From assembly GCA_965205485.1 (NCBI GenBank), contig OZ242180.1, positions 960,001 to 1,024,000 of the forward strand: a stretch of 64,000 nt of DNA, in the 5' to 3' direction. The translations under genes and the position numbers were made by a program. The notes beneath the pieces are model-generated. The model had not been told where the DNA came from, did not search any database, and saw only the letters and a program-made list of their open reading frames with translations. Positions 11,468 to 21,598 of this stretch are shown here, piece after piece; within the stretch, counting starts at the first letter, position 1; each line of letters begins with the position of its first letter. Source of the DNA: Candidatus Latescibacterota bacterium. GTDB taxonomy: Bacteria; Latescibacterota; UBA2968; GCA-2709665.

Positions 11468-14400
11468 CTAACGGAAGAGTTCGAGCGCGCCGTCCTTTCG
11501 GCCCACCAGCAGGCCGCCTTCCGGCCATCCGGATGGCCATCCGTAACCGTCACTTCCGAATCCCCTGCGTCCGTCGTCCGGATCTCTCCCGAGCCGTCGA
11601 GGCTCACCACGCGCCCGCCTCTCAGTGCCGCCAGGCATCCTCCATCTCCCGCGGGCGCCAGACCGGCCACGGGCTCGACGAGAAGCCGTCGCCACAAGCG
11701 GCTGCCGGCGGCGTCGAAGCACTGCACGAAACCGTTGGACGCCCCGGCATACAGGCGCCCATCGTGGACCTCCGCGGCGAGCACGGCCGCGCCCATATCT
11801 GCGTCCCAGATCACCTCGCCGTCCCGCCCGTAGACGATCAACTGCCGGTGATTGGTATCCACCCCGCTGATCACCTCGTCCCGGCCGTCCCCGTCCACGT
11901 CCGCTACGCGCAGGCAGCGCGACCAGGAGGGAATCGACCAGTTGACAATATCCGGGCGCCGAAGGGGCTTCCCGAGCGTTCCGTCCTTCGCGAAGACCAG
12001 CGTGTGCGCGTGAATGGCCGGGTCCGCCAGGCCGGCGAGCGTCTGACGCTCCGGACCATCCTCCAACCGCACGGTATCCAGACACACCGGCGGTCCCCAC
12101 TGGCAGGGGGAACGCCATAGTTGGCTGCCGGCGGCGTCGAGCGCGTAGACATGACGGTCCGCGCATCCGACCAGTATCTCTTCACGTCCGTCGCCGTCGA
12201 TATCGCCCGCCGCGAGGCTCAATACCACGCAGTTCTTCCTGGACCAGCTATCCCAGTTCATGGGCTGCCATTCGATCCGATAGGACCAGACGGTTTCGCC
12301 CGTTGCATCCAGCCTGTACACGGTCTCTTCGTCCCCTCCCGCTGCGGCGCCCCCATCGGCCAGGGCAGCAAGCGCCCGTACGCCGCCTTCGATCTCCCGT
12401 TTCCAGAGAACGTCGCCGTCGGAGTTGAACGCGGTCACTCCGCCGTCGTCGCCCGCGAATCCTCTATCCTTCCCGATATCCAGCGCCCTCACGGCATCCG
12501 CGCACCGCGTTCGCCAGACGGGTTTCGCCTCGCCGCCGGCGATCTGAAATGGCGAGGAATCGGTCGCTTCCACAGCCCGACCGGCCGTGGGCAGCGTTGC
12601 GCCGGATGCAGAGACCTCCGGGGTTTCAGCGGTTTCCATGAGTGCAACCGTGACGGGCTCGCGGCCCCCCTCGATTCGAAAACCAGTCTTCTGTTCGACC
12701 AGCCTGAAATCCCTGCCATCGCCGACCGCGTCGGTCCAGAAAAGCGTCGCCATCCGGGTCCCCGTTCCCGGCCGGAGCGCCGCCAGGGAACGTTGGACCC
12801 ACCGCGAGTGGTCTTCCGCGCACCAATAGTCCGAAGGGACAAGCTCCTGGCATCCGCTCCCCGCGTGCCGCATGTTCAACTGCGCGTCACCCTGAACCGA
12901 CTGCAACAGGCCGTCTGAAAGGGACGCTTCACCCAGGAGGTGCCACCGGCACTCCACGAGAAACTCTCCCGCGACCACGGGCCAGACCTCGTCGATCACC
13001 AGAAACCATCCTTCACGGCTGTACACGATATGCCGGTACCAGTCGCCCTGCTCAGGATAGGTCATCGACGTGCCCGCCACGGCAAGGTTCTCCCCTTCAT
13101 GCAGGTACCGCAGCGCCACGTACCTGGACTCGCACCCCGGGCCGGCGCCGTCTACGGACACGCTCACGCCCGTGTAGTCCCGGACCGTCGCCGGCTGGTG
13201 GCCTCCGGCAAACCTGAACCAGGAGGCGCCGCGGCTGGTGTAACGCACGATGCAGTTGCCGTCCTGATAGGAGTGCGAGCCCCCCGAGATCCCGTCCAGC
13301 AGAAGATAGTCGTCCTGGTCCGTCCATCCGGAACGGAAGAACACCTTGTCGAACGTCTGTTCGTAGGGCAGATTCCTCAGATAGACGCCGTTTACCGGCG
13401 CAAACGTCGTGTATTCTTCGAGAGAGTCGTAGAACAACCGCGACAGGGGGGCCACACCGACCCGGCCCAACCGTTCCGGCACCGCCGCCGGCCGCCCCGT
13501 CACCCAGGTCCGCAGGGGCTCTTCGGCGCCTCGAATGGTCCGTTCCGCCGCCGCGCCTTCGTCAATGGATTCACAAAGCTGCAGGTATTCGTCATTGCCC
13601 GTTACCGCCGCGGCCATACGGCAGTATTGTTCGGGGCCTCGTTCCAGGTTGCTGTGCGCCATGAGCGCACGGTCCACGCCCTCCAGGTAGGGCGGGCTCG
13701 AAAAGTAGTCCATCTTCCCTGCCGCCAGCGCGTAGTCCGCCGTGTTGAACAGCGAGGCCCCCCATTGATGGCCCCACGAGTCGCACACCGGCTTGTTCGA
13801 TCCCATCTGCGGCGCAAAGAAGACCTCCGCCAGCTTCATCCACGCCAACCCCTCCGCGAGCCCGTGTACCTGGTGGAAATACCGGCCTCCGTAAAACAGA
13901 TCGAGCGCGGAACGGGTCTGATGGTTCTGGCGCACCCGGTCCACGCCCACGCAACTGAGCAGCCCCGAATTGCCGGCACCCTCCGCGGACCTGAAGAGTC
14001 CCAGCAGCGCTTCGAGCGTCTCCTCCCGCTGTTCGGCGGGAAGCGAGGGATGGTTTTCAAGAATCGTGAACGGCAGCAGAAGCACGCGGATGAACCCGTG
14101 GATCAACGTGGGGTCCTCCAGCGTCCGCTCGAACCAGCGCGTACGGGCGAAGTGGCGGATCTGATGGCAGAACATCGACATCAACCTGTCGTTTCCCGTC
14201 TGCACCGCGAGCATCCCGATATCGGCGATAACCATCATATAGGTCCAGTCACCCGATCCTCCGCCGATGGATTCCTGCTCGATGTCCCGGTTGCTCTTGG
14301 CCAGCAACTCTTGCGCCGGCTCCACGTACAGATCGGACCATGTGCCCGGATGTACCTGGTATTGGAACGGCAGTACGGGACCGTTTTCAGTCTATCGCAC

Positions 14401-14781
14401 CGGCCAGCGCCCCGGCCGCATCGCCAATGTCCTCCGCGCTGCTCACGCCCGCCACCACAACGTGCCCCACTTCTGCCAACGAATGGGGCATTGTGCGCAC
14501 CACCCGCCCGCCGGGACCCGGCCAGACGCGGTCGGTCAGGTCGTAAGCCCGGAAGTAGAGGGTTCGCAGGAACGCGCTGTCCATCATGTTCCCCAGCGCG
14601 ATCACGTGCCGGCCGTCTGCATCCAGCTTATCGTCCGGCAGCACGTCCACGCGCCCGAAAGGGTCTCCTCGAGGACCGCCTTCAGACTGCCGGCCGCATC
14701 CTGGTAGGAATCCCCCGCCGGCGCCGAAATACAGACGCCTTGCCCAAGATCCGTTTCATGAATCGCAGGTGAGAATGCCAT
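11468..14781 (-). pseudogene. Lyase-like core + FG-GAP/PQQ-like beta-propeller protein, paralogue 4 (~1104 aa; three frameshifts at ~14655, ~14390, ~11542)
   Basis: Start MAFSPAIHETDLGQGVCISAP at ATG 14781 (GGAGG 14790-14794). It continues through ORF 14387..14650, then ORF 11044..14325, and ends in the frame of ORF 11468..12166 (GWPEGGLLVGRKDGALELFR*). It is collinear with paralogues 2 and 3 after three single-base corrections. Confidence 0.85.
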
Positions 14782-14889
14782 GGTTCATTCCTCCGTTTGA
14801 TTCGAAAACCGAATATTAATAAGAGACGGCCCTTCGCGTACCTCGACCGCCCCCATTCCGCCCTCCATCACGACAAGATCAACCACTAT

Positions 14890-14922
14890 CCGGAGCGAGG
14901 GCATCCCTGCCCTCGAACTTCG
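14890..14922. repeat. REP-like palindromic element family A (CCGGAGCGAGGGCATCC(C)TGCCCTCGA), copy 1
   Basis: 8-bp stem CGAGGGCA/TGCCCTCG. Near-identical copies at 15064-15095 and inverted at 15774-15800. Confidence 0.8.
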
Positions 14923-15063
14923 CGTGACCAATCAATCCCTGAATCAGGTTCCTACGGCTTCCATTGTATCCGACGCCGGTTGTAGAAGGCGGCGCATTGC
15001 CGGACGCGAGAGCCCAGCGCCCGAAGGCAATATGCCCTCTATCAGTAGATAATCCACCATTTT

Positions 15064-15095
15064 CCGGAGCGAGGGCATCCTGCCCTCGAACTTCG
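15064..15095. repeat. REP-like element family A, copy 2
   Basis: ccggagcgagggcatcctgccctcgaacttcg, a direct repeat of 14890-14922. Confidence 0.8.
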
Positions 15096-15221
15096 AGTCA
15101 CCCACCAAGTTCCGCATCAGGGGCCTGTAGTTTTCCACGGATCCGAGACTTGATTGGAAATGTAGGCACGTAACGCAATATGACCAATGGCGAAATCCAT
15201 ATGCGTCCACGCTCCAAAACG

Positions 15222-15247
15222 AAAAAAGGGGCACCCCGCAGCGCCCC
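15222..15247 (-). terminator. Rho-independent terminator downstream of the small membrane protein gene
   Basis: Minus strand reads GGGGCGC-TGCGGG-GTGCCCC-TTTTTT. Confidence 0.55.
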
Positions 15248-15378
15248 CCACCCCACGGGCCTCCCGCCCGCATCGTCCCTGTTTCTTTCTAAACCGCGAA
15301 CCCCGCAGCGAATAGTCGCGTTGGGCGACCACATCGACCAGCGCCTCTATCACAGGCCGCCTGGCGAACTTCGGGCAT

Positions 15379-15609
15379 TCAACCCGTGCCGCTCGCAGGA
15401 AGTGGATTTTCCGGCGGCTTCCACTTTGCGGCGTCGAGAATCGACCAAAGATGAATCAGCCACCCCAACAGGAAAAACCACAGTACAGCGGCCAGGCAAA
15501 ACTGGATGAGGGCGATCAGGAATCGTCCCTGAAGCAACTGACCCAGGCCAGGTATAAGTAAGCTACACAAAGCCGCAAGGACGTTGCCGGCCGAACCTTG
15601 TCCGGGCAT
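15379..15609 (-). CDS. Small membrane protein (76 aa, 'IPGLGQ' TM2/DUF5683-like)
   Basis: ATG 15609 with GGAGG at 15617-15621. Sequence LAALCSLLIPGLGQLLQGR...HLWSILDAA is hydrophobic throughout. Confidence 0.75.
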   Translation of the reverse strand: MPGQGSAGNVLAALCSLLIPGLGQLLQGRFLIALIQFCLAAVLWFFLLGWLIHLWSILDAAKWKPPENPLPASGTG

Positions 15610-15773
15610 GACGTTTCCTCCTTTTTGTGACGCATCGCGACGGTACTGCCCGACAGCGATCATCCGGGCGCGTTGTAGTAACACGATCGCCATGAATCCA
15701 GCTTCATTCTCCCCTAAGACTCCTAGAAGCCGTGACTCTCAAACTTAAGTGTCTGGCTACCCCCGCCTACCCA

Positions 15774-15800
15774 TCGAGGGCAGGATGCCCTCGCTCCCGG
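15774..15800. repeat. REP-like element family A, copy 3 (inverted)
   Basis: tcgagggcaggatgccctcgctcccgg, the reverse complement of copies 1 and 2, just downstream of the PhyH stop codon. Confidence 0.8.
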
Positions 15801-15810
15801 GAACGGCGGA

Positions 15811-16590
15811 TTACGCCCAGGCCTCGCATCCGGCGAATTGCATGTGTTTTCCTTCGACGTATTTCGGCCGCGGCACATAGTGGTTTCCGACCTCGGGAAC
15901 CACCTCCCCGCAGCACAGGATGGACCGCTGTGTTTTCCGTGTCACGCGAGTGCTGGTGGGAATGTAGCGAAGGGTGAGTCCCACGCGCCAGTGGTCCGAT
16001 GTATTGTAGTTGGAGCCGTGGATGATATTGGGGTGGTGGATGGAAATATCCCCCGCCTGGAGTTCCACGTCCACGGCGTCGGCTTCATCGATCTGATCGG
16101 GGCGCATTCCGATGCCGAGTACGTACTTATCGGGATCCAGCTCGACCATCTCCGAGCGTTTGAGTAGACGCCGGGTGTGTGACCCCGGCAAGACCCGCAT
16201 GCACCCGTTTTCCACGGTGGAGTCCGTGCCGGCGACCCACAGCGTCGTCACCTCCATTGGCTCCAGCGGCCAGTAGGATCCGTCCTGGTGCCAGCGCACG
16301 GCCTGTCCGGTCTCGGGCTTCTTGGCGATATAGTGCGCGCCGAACATCGCCAGGTTGGGTCCGATGAACTGTGCCGCGATATCCAGCAGCCGGTCGTCAC
16401 AGACCACGCGGTGCATGAACGGATCGTCGACAAGCAGGCTATGGTGCAATTTCTCGGGCCGCGTGTCGGGATGCCTTTCGACCAGCCACTGCACGTGCTC
16501 GACCGTTTCCGCCGCCAAACCAGCGTCGATGGCCCCGCGAGCGATGCAGAAGCCCGTCTCGTCATATTCCTTCCGCAAAGTCGATTCCAT
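15811..16590 (-). CDS. Phytanoyl-CoA dioxygenase (PhyH) family Fe(II)/2OG oxygenase
   Basis: WHQDGSYW (HxD), NGCMRVLPGSH, IHHPNIIHGS, downstream R.GLTLRY. Confidence 0.9.
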   Translation of the reverse strand: MESTLRKEYDETGFCIARGAIDAGLAAETVEHVQWLVERHPDTRPEKLHHSLLVDDPFMHRVVCDDRLLDIAAQFIGPNLAMFGAHYIAKKPETGQAVRWHQDGSYWPLEPMEVTTLWVAGTDSTVENGCMRVLPGSHTRRLLKRSEMVELDPDKYVLGIGMRPDQIDEADAVDVELQAGDISIHHPNIIHGSNYNTSDHWRVGLTLRYIPTSTRVTRKTQRSILCCGEVVPEVGNHYVPRPKYVEGKHMQFAGCEAWA

Positions 16591-16869
16591 TCACACTCTC
16601 CTGTTATCGTGCATTATTCCCGAAATTGTGATTTCGGGATGCGCTCAGGCGGCTCGTTGCGGCGGTTGTGCCGCCGTGTTCTGATGCCCATACAGATCGA
16701 AAACTTGCGCGACCTATCTTCTACTCTGAGCCATGATCCAACCATGATTAAAATTCCTTATGATGTCAATCGGTATCCTGACACATACCCACGATTCTGA
16801 CAGATCCGCGGGTTATGTTGTTCGAATATCTCTCCTCACCAGAAAATAGCAGTCTTCCACGCCGCCACA

Positions 16870-16896
16870 GAACTTTTCAGCCGATTTCGTCGTCTC
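16870..16896 (+). promoter_or_regulatory. Putative ECF-type (autoregulatory) promoter
   Basis: GAACTT-N15-CGTCTC (AAC-N17-CGT pattern) about 50 bp upstream of the ECF sigma gene. Confidence 0.5.
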
Positions 16897-16944
16897 ACAA
16901 GCAGAAGCCTGCAGTAAATCCCGACTGTTCGCACCGGAGGATGA

Positions 16945-17535
16945 ATGACGGACGCCGAGTTGATCAGGCGCTTCCGCGACGGCGAGTCGCATGCCTTCAA
17001 TGGTCTGGCAAGGCGCTGGCACCGCAGGTTGTACAACTTCATCCTGCGCCAGGTCGGAGACCGCGAGGAAGCGCACGATCTGTGCCAGAAGGTGCTGATC
17101 AAGGCCCACCGAAATCTCCGCCGGCTTCGGGACTCCGGAAAGTTTTCCACGTGGATCTATCAGATCGCAGTCAACACCTGCCGGGACGAGTTGCGGAGAA
17201 GAAGGCGTCATCCCACAATCTCGCTGGAAAGCCTGGAACACGGCGACGACTCGCGGCCGGAGGACAGATTGAAGATTTCAGCACAGACAGATGCCGCGAT
17301 TCAAGTGTGCGAGCTTCGCGATTTACTAAACAGGGCGCTGCAGTGCATTCCGCACGAACAACGGATTGTCGTCGTGATGAAGGAATACGAGCAACTGAAA
17401 TTCACGGAAATCGCCGCCATCCTGAACCTGTCCGTCAATACGGTAAAATCCCGGCTCTACTACGGGCTGAACAACCTTCGAAAACTGCTGGATCAATGGA
17501 ACGTAAACCGGGAGACCATCGATTATGAAATGTGA
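16945..17535 (+). CDS. ECF (sigma-70 group 4) RNA polymerase sigma factor
   Basis: TDAELIRRFRDGESHAF, EAHDLCQKVLIKA, KFSTWIYQIAVNTCRD, EIAAILNLSVNTVKSRLYYG. GGAGG RBS. Confidence 0.95.
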   Translation: MTDAELIRRFRDGESHAFNGLARRWHRRLYNFILRQVGDREEAHDLCQKVLIKAHRNLRRLRDSGKFSTWIYQIAVNTCRDELRRRRRHPTISLESLEHGDDSRPEDRLKISAQTDAAIQVCELRDLLNRALQCIPHEQRIVVVMKEYEQLKFTEIAAILNLSVNTVKSRLYYGLNNLRKLLDQWNVNRETIDYEM

Positions 17536-18235
17536 TCTGCCAAAAGAGGAGCTAGTCGGCTATCTCTACGACGACGTCGATGTGGACAAGAAGGCCGGCA
17601 TCGAATCCCACCTGAACACCTGTCCTTCCTGCACACAGGCGCTGGAGGAACTCAAGAGGACCGGCAACCTGCTGCGCGCATGGGCGGACGAAAACCCCCC
17701 TGCGAGCCTGGTCTTCGTGCCTGACAGACGCACCTGGTGGAATGGCATCATACCTGACTGCCTGTCCACGGGCAACCGGCGCTGGCTGGCGCCGGGGCTT
17801 TCAATGGGACTGGCCGCCGTCATCTTGATCTTGGCGGCGTTCAACCTTGAGGCACGATTCGACGGTCAGGGGGGAGTTCTCGTGAAGCTTCGGCTCCCCA
17901 TGGGCGTGGGGCCAGAACGGACTGACGCGGCCAACGATGTCCCGCTTTCACGGTCGGAGTTTGTGCAGGTGCAGCAACAGTCGCTCGCCGTGATCCAGGA
18001 CTGGATCGATGAAGGACACCAACGGCAGCGCGTAGAACTCGGACTCATCCTGGACGATTTCGCCCGGGACCTGGAAGCCCAGCGCCGCCGGGACCTGCTG
18101 CTGGTAGGCCAGGGTCTACGAGAAATCGACGGGGCAACGGAAAGCCGATTCATGCAGACCGAAGACCTTCTGCACCACCTGCTGGCAGTATCATACGCAC
18201 AGGCGAATCCGATCAGACCTCCCACCGTTGAATGA
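17525..18235 (+). CDS. Zinc-finger (zf-HC2/ZAS) membrane-anchored anti-sigma factor
   Basis: ESHLNTCPSC (HxxxCxxC), one TM helix, overlaps the sigma gene stop. Confidence 0.85.
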   Translation: MKCDLPKEELVGYLYDDVDVDKKAGIESHLNTCPSCTQALEELKRTGNLLRAWADENPPASLVFVPDRRTWWNGIIPDCLSTGNRRWLAPGLSMGLAAVILILAAFNLEARFDGQGGVLVKLRLPMGVGPERTDAANDVPLSRSEFVQVQQQSLAVIQDWIDEGHQRQRVELGLILDDFARDLEAQRRRDLLLVGQGLREIDGATESRFMQTEDLLHHLLAVSYAQANPIRPPTVE

Positions 18236-18256
18236 CATACAAAAGGAGCATGAATT

Positions 18257-19512
18257 ATGAAATCCTATCACGTTTTCGCCATCGCAATGGCCTTCTGCCT
18301 GGTTCTTCCGGCCCTTCCCTGCGAAGCCGAAATCGACAGGGAGCGCATGCGGCAGGACCTGGACATCATGGAAGGCATCCTGCAGAACCTCCACGCCAGA
18401 CGACGTCCAGGCTGGCCGGAATCCAACGAGAGCCACACGTTAGGGGATTGTACTTCGGAGATTATGGGGTCGTATTCCTGATTGAAGAACCCGGTTCGTC
18501 ACGATTTTTTTTCCCTGGTCCCAGATCCTCGCACCGTGTCACGAGGGTGTACAGAATGCAAGCTGATGGCGCTGATACGACTGACTTGAAGGCTCAACGT
18601 GAAAAGAAACTCATTGGAGTTAAGAATCAGCTAGCGGATTTTCTGGGCACGTACGCTGATGCGGTCCGGCAACTGACAGACGACGACCGTATTTCCATCC
18701 TGGTCTTTTTGAAACGCAATTCTCCTATGCGTTCTAAACTGAAGGCTGCGTCCGCTAGTGAATCAAATTTAAGATCAGCATTGCAGGTAGTATCAAAAGA
18801 CCGCCCCTTGGAATTGAAGGGAACCATTGATCCTGAAAGACAAAACAACGACACTTCTCGAAACAAGAAAGACCGGGAACGGAAGACGCAGCACTACACT
18901 GTGACGACCGAACAGTTCTACCTTGAGGCGACAACAAAAAAAAGCGATATCGTGGCATACCGCCGTGAGCGAATTAACGAGGCTCAGTTCAGGAAGAGAA
19001 TTGATTATCGTGAGCACAGAACGGACGGGACTACGATGAAAAAGATCGGAGTTATGGCTGCCATCCTCGATATGACACTAAACCAGCCCGCCCATCTGGT
19101 CCCAAACTCCAACAGAACCGCAGGCATATACCAGGAAGGGCTGGGGGCAATCTTCTTTGTGAAAGAGCACGGCGGGTATCGTAGAGAAATCAATCGAGCC
19201 ATTATCAGAGAGCTTAGATCCCCTACTTATCGCCACAGCCATGGGAATGTCATCAAATCAGAAAAGCAGCTTCAGAACCGGCTAAAGGGAGACCTGATTG
19301 AGGTGGTGGGGGACTACGGATATTCCCTGCGCACCCTCAAGCCTAGCGAATCCATCGTCGTGGACGTGCGGTTTCCGAAGAGAATGCGGAGAAAGCCATC
19401 CGATCCTCGAGGCCTTGTACTAATGGTAAAGAAGCAGGACGTAGATGCCTACACCCGGAAGGACATCGACCTGGCAGCTTTTCGCGAGAAAGTGGATATC
19501 CAGGAGTATTAG
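18257..19512 (+). pseudogene. Exported protein with internal two-fold repeat (~418 aa; frameshift at ~18430)
   Basis: AAGGAG RBS. Signal peptide MKSYHVFAIAMAFCLVLPALPCEA in ORF 18257..18481 continues into ORF 18232..19512 at PHVRGLYFGDYGVVF. Confidence 0.7.
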
Positions 19513-19542
19513 ACCCGCGGAGAACTGTCCCCGGAGGCGGGC

Positions 19543-19568
19543 GGGCGCCCACAAGGGACGCCCCTACA
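19543..19568. repeat. GTAG-type REP element family B (TGTAGGGGCGxCCCTTGTGGxxGCCC), inverted copy
   Basis: Reverse complement TGTAGGGGCGTCCCTTGTGGGCGCCC. Related copies at 44978-45003 and 49668-49693. Confidence 0.75.
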
Positions 19569-19688
19569 TGCGATGAGGAGTGAATCAGGATTGCGGGCGC
19601 AGGATCGGTACGGCCAACCGTGTATCTTGCGGTACGGTCGCCGGACCAGCGCCTCCAACGTTTCAGGCGAACTGCATTGTACCGAAAT

Positions 19689-19728
19689 CGGCGCCGTTAT
19701 TTGAAACGCACGGCGCCGGGTTTTTTTT
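19689..19728 (+). terminator. Rho-independent terminator after the ECF operon
   Basis: CGGCGCCGT-N12-ACGGCGCCG-GG-TTTTTTTT. Confidence 0.6.
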
Positions 19729-19864
19729 GCCCTATGGCGGGCGGCTTTTTTGTATTTCGGAATGCAAGCCGTCCGGGTACCGGTTATTCCACGTGCTTTG
19801 AATGGGCTTTTTAGCTGGATCTGATCTGAGGACAGCGTGTTGAACGGGGATTTTATAAAAAACC

Positions 19865-19934
19865 TTGACAAGCCGACTTGATTGTTTTATATATAAAACA
19901 AATTATTGACTATACAAAATAACGTTTATATTAT
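19865..19934 (+). promoter_or_regulatory. Tandem sigma70-like promoters with a perfect 20-bp palindromic operator
   Basis: TTGACA(19865)-N17-TATATA and TTGACT(19906)-N17-TATTAT. Palindrome TTGTTTTATATATAAAACAA at 19882-19901. AT-rich island in GC-rich DNA. Confidence 0.7.
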
Positions 19935-20008
19935 ATCCCATTTGTTTTAAACAGAGTATTCATCCGATCCCGATTGGCAGATCAGGTACAGGGAGGGAGT
20001 AAAAAAGC

Positions 20009-21385
20009 ATGAAAAGAGATCGACTTATAGCAGGCTCCGCCGCGTCGTGGAAGTTCATTCTACTTACGCTGATTCCCGGCTTCCTCGTGTTCTCTCTCGA
20101 AACCGCCGCCGCGCAGGACGGCGCAGCCTCCGGAACGGACAGTGATGTAGCGAGCGCAGAGGTCGAGATGGCCAAGGTCGAGGCGGAGGAGCAGGATACC
20201 AGGGTGGATGAGGTCGACATCAAGGAGCTCGAGCGTCGGATCGAGTTGCTCGCCGAGGAACTCGAACGGCTGCGCAGCGGCGAGCCCGAGTACGAGATGA
20301 CGCTCGACCAGGTCCGCGCGCTCGGGCTGGCGCCGTCGGCGGCCGCGACCTACAAGATCAAATCGGGCGTATCGATTGCCGGGTACGGCGAAGCGCTCTA
20401 TGAGAACCACGCCTCGGACAAGACCGACCAGTTTGACTACCTGCGGGCGATCCTGTACGCCGGCTACCGGTTCAATGACCGGTTCCTGTTCAATTCGGAG
20501 ATCGAGGTCGAGCACGCCAAGGAGATTTTCGTCGAGTTCGCGTACGTCGACTTCCTCGCAAACGAGAATATCGGCGTTCGGGCCGGCATGCTGCTGGTCC
20601 CGATGGGACTGGTCAACGAGTTCCACGAGCCGACCGTCTTCCTCGGAGCCGAACGACCGGTGACCGAGAACAAGATCATCCCGTCGACCTGGCGGGAAAA
20701 CGGGGGCGGCGTCTACGGCGCGTACGAAAAGTTCGCCTTCCGCGCCTACGTCGTCAATGGCTTCAACGGTTCCGCCTTCTCGTCGAGCGGCGTTCGAGGC
20801 GGCCGGCAGAAAGGTGGAAAGGCCAAGGCGAACGATTTCGCATTGACCGGTCGCCTCGATTTCACGCCGACTCCCGGCGTGTTCCTCGGCGCCAGCTTCT
20901 ACACCGGAAATTCCGGACAGGGGGACATCGTTGTCGACGGCAGGAATTACGGCGTCCGTACGAACATCTTCGACGTCCACGCGCAGGTTCAGATGCGCGG
21001 CTTCGACCTCCGGGGTCTCTTCGCACAGGCGCAGATCGAGGACACGCCCCAGCTGAATCATGTGCTCGCGCTGTCCGGCTCGAGCGGCGTCGGCAAGAAG
21101 CTGCAGGGCGGCTACGTGCAGATCGGCTATGACCTGCTGTCGCAGGCGTCGGGGACCGGCGACGTGGCGCTCACTCCCTACATCCGCTACGAGAAGGTCG
21201 ACACACACGCGGCCGTCACGACCGGATTCACACGGAGCGCCTCCAGGGACAATACGTACACGACGTTCGGACTCGATCTGAAGCCAACACCGGGCGTCGT
21301 CGTCAAGGTGGACCACATGTGGGTGAACAACCCCGCCGACAGCGGCGTCAACCAGTTCAACGTCAACGTCGGGTACGCGTTCTAG
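20009..21385 (+). CDS. Outer-membrane beta-barrel porin with N-terminal coiled coil (OprO/P-like superfamily)
   Basis: Signal peptide, coiled coil IKELERRIELLAEELERLR, FNSEIEVEH, VEFAYVDF, GLVNEFHEPT...IIPSTWRENG, C-terminal VNVGYAF. Confidence 0.8.
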   Translation: MKRDRLIAGSAASWKFILLTLIPGFLVFSLETAAAQDGAASGTDSDVASAEVEMAKVEAEEQDTRVDEVDIKELERRIELLAEELERLRSGEPEYEMTLDQVRALGLAPSAAATYKIKSGVSIAGYGEALYENHASDKTDQFDYLRAILYAGYRFNDRFLFNSEIEVEHAKEIFVEFAYVDFLANENIGVRAGMLLVPMGLVNEFHEPTVFLGAERPVTENKIIPSTWRENGGGVYGAYEKFAFRAYVVNGFNGSAFSSSGVRGGRQKGGKAKANDFALTGRLDFTPTPGVFLGASFYTGNSGQGDIVVDGRNYGVRTNIFDVHAQVQMRGFDLRGLFAQAQIEDTPQLNHVLALSGSSGVGKKLQGGYVQIGYDLLSQASGTGDVALTPYIRYEKVDTHAAVTTGFTRSASRDNTYTTFGLDLKPTPGVVVKVDHMWVNNPADSGVNQFNVNVGYAF

Positions 21386-21492
21386 TCCTGTCGCGTTGAT
21401 TCCTCTCCAATCGCCCGCCGATTCATCCCGTCTCACGGCGTTGGGCCGACTTTGCGCAGGTCGTCTGCGTTAAGTCGCCGGTTCCGGAGCGA

Positions 21493-21525
21493 TGCCCTGA
21501 TCCTGTCGAAGGGCCTGTCGAAGGA
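21493..21525. repeat. 'CTGAGCxTGTCGAAG' REP-like family C, nested/duplicated copy
   Basis: gccctgatcctgtcgaagggcctgtcgaagga, related to 30375-30477. Confidence 0.55.
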
Positions 21526-21598
21526 TGCGAGACGGTTGACTCGACGGGCGAATTTTGGCAACTTATTTTCCGGACACGACACTGGGAGAAGGCCGATC

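Noticed and set aside
14387..14389. TGA as possible selenocysteine or readthrough in paralogue 4
   Set aside because: Homology resumes in a different frame, so it is an indel rather than recoding.
14797..15353. Short ORFs in the REP-containing intergenic region
   Set aside because: They overlap repeats and a terminator, have atypical composition and show no motifs.
19570..19760. Possible riboswitch upstream of the porin operon
   Set aside because: No FMN, cobalamin or TPP consensus recognised, and it lies upstream of the predicted promoters. Explained as terminators of the ECF operon. An Infernal/Rfam scan would settle it.
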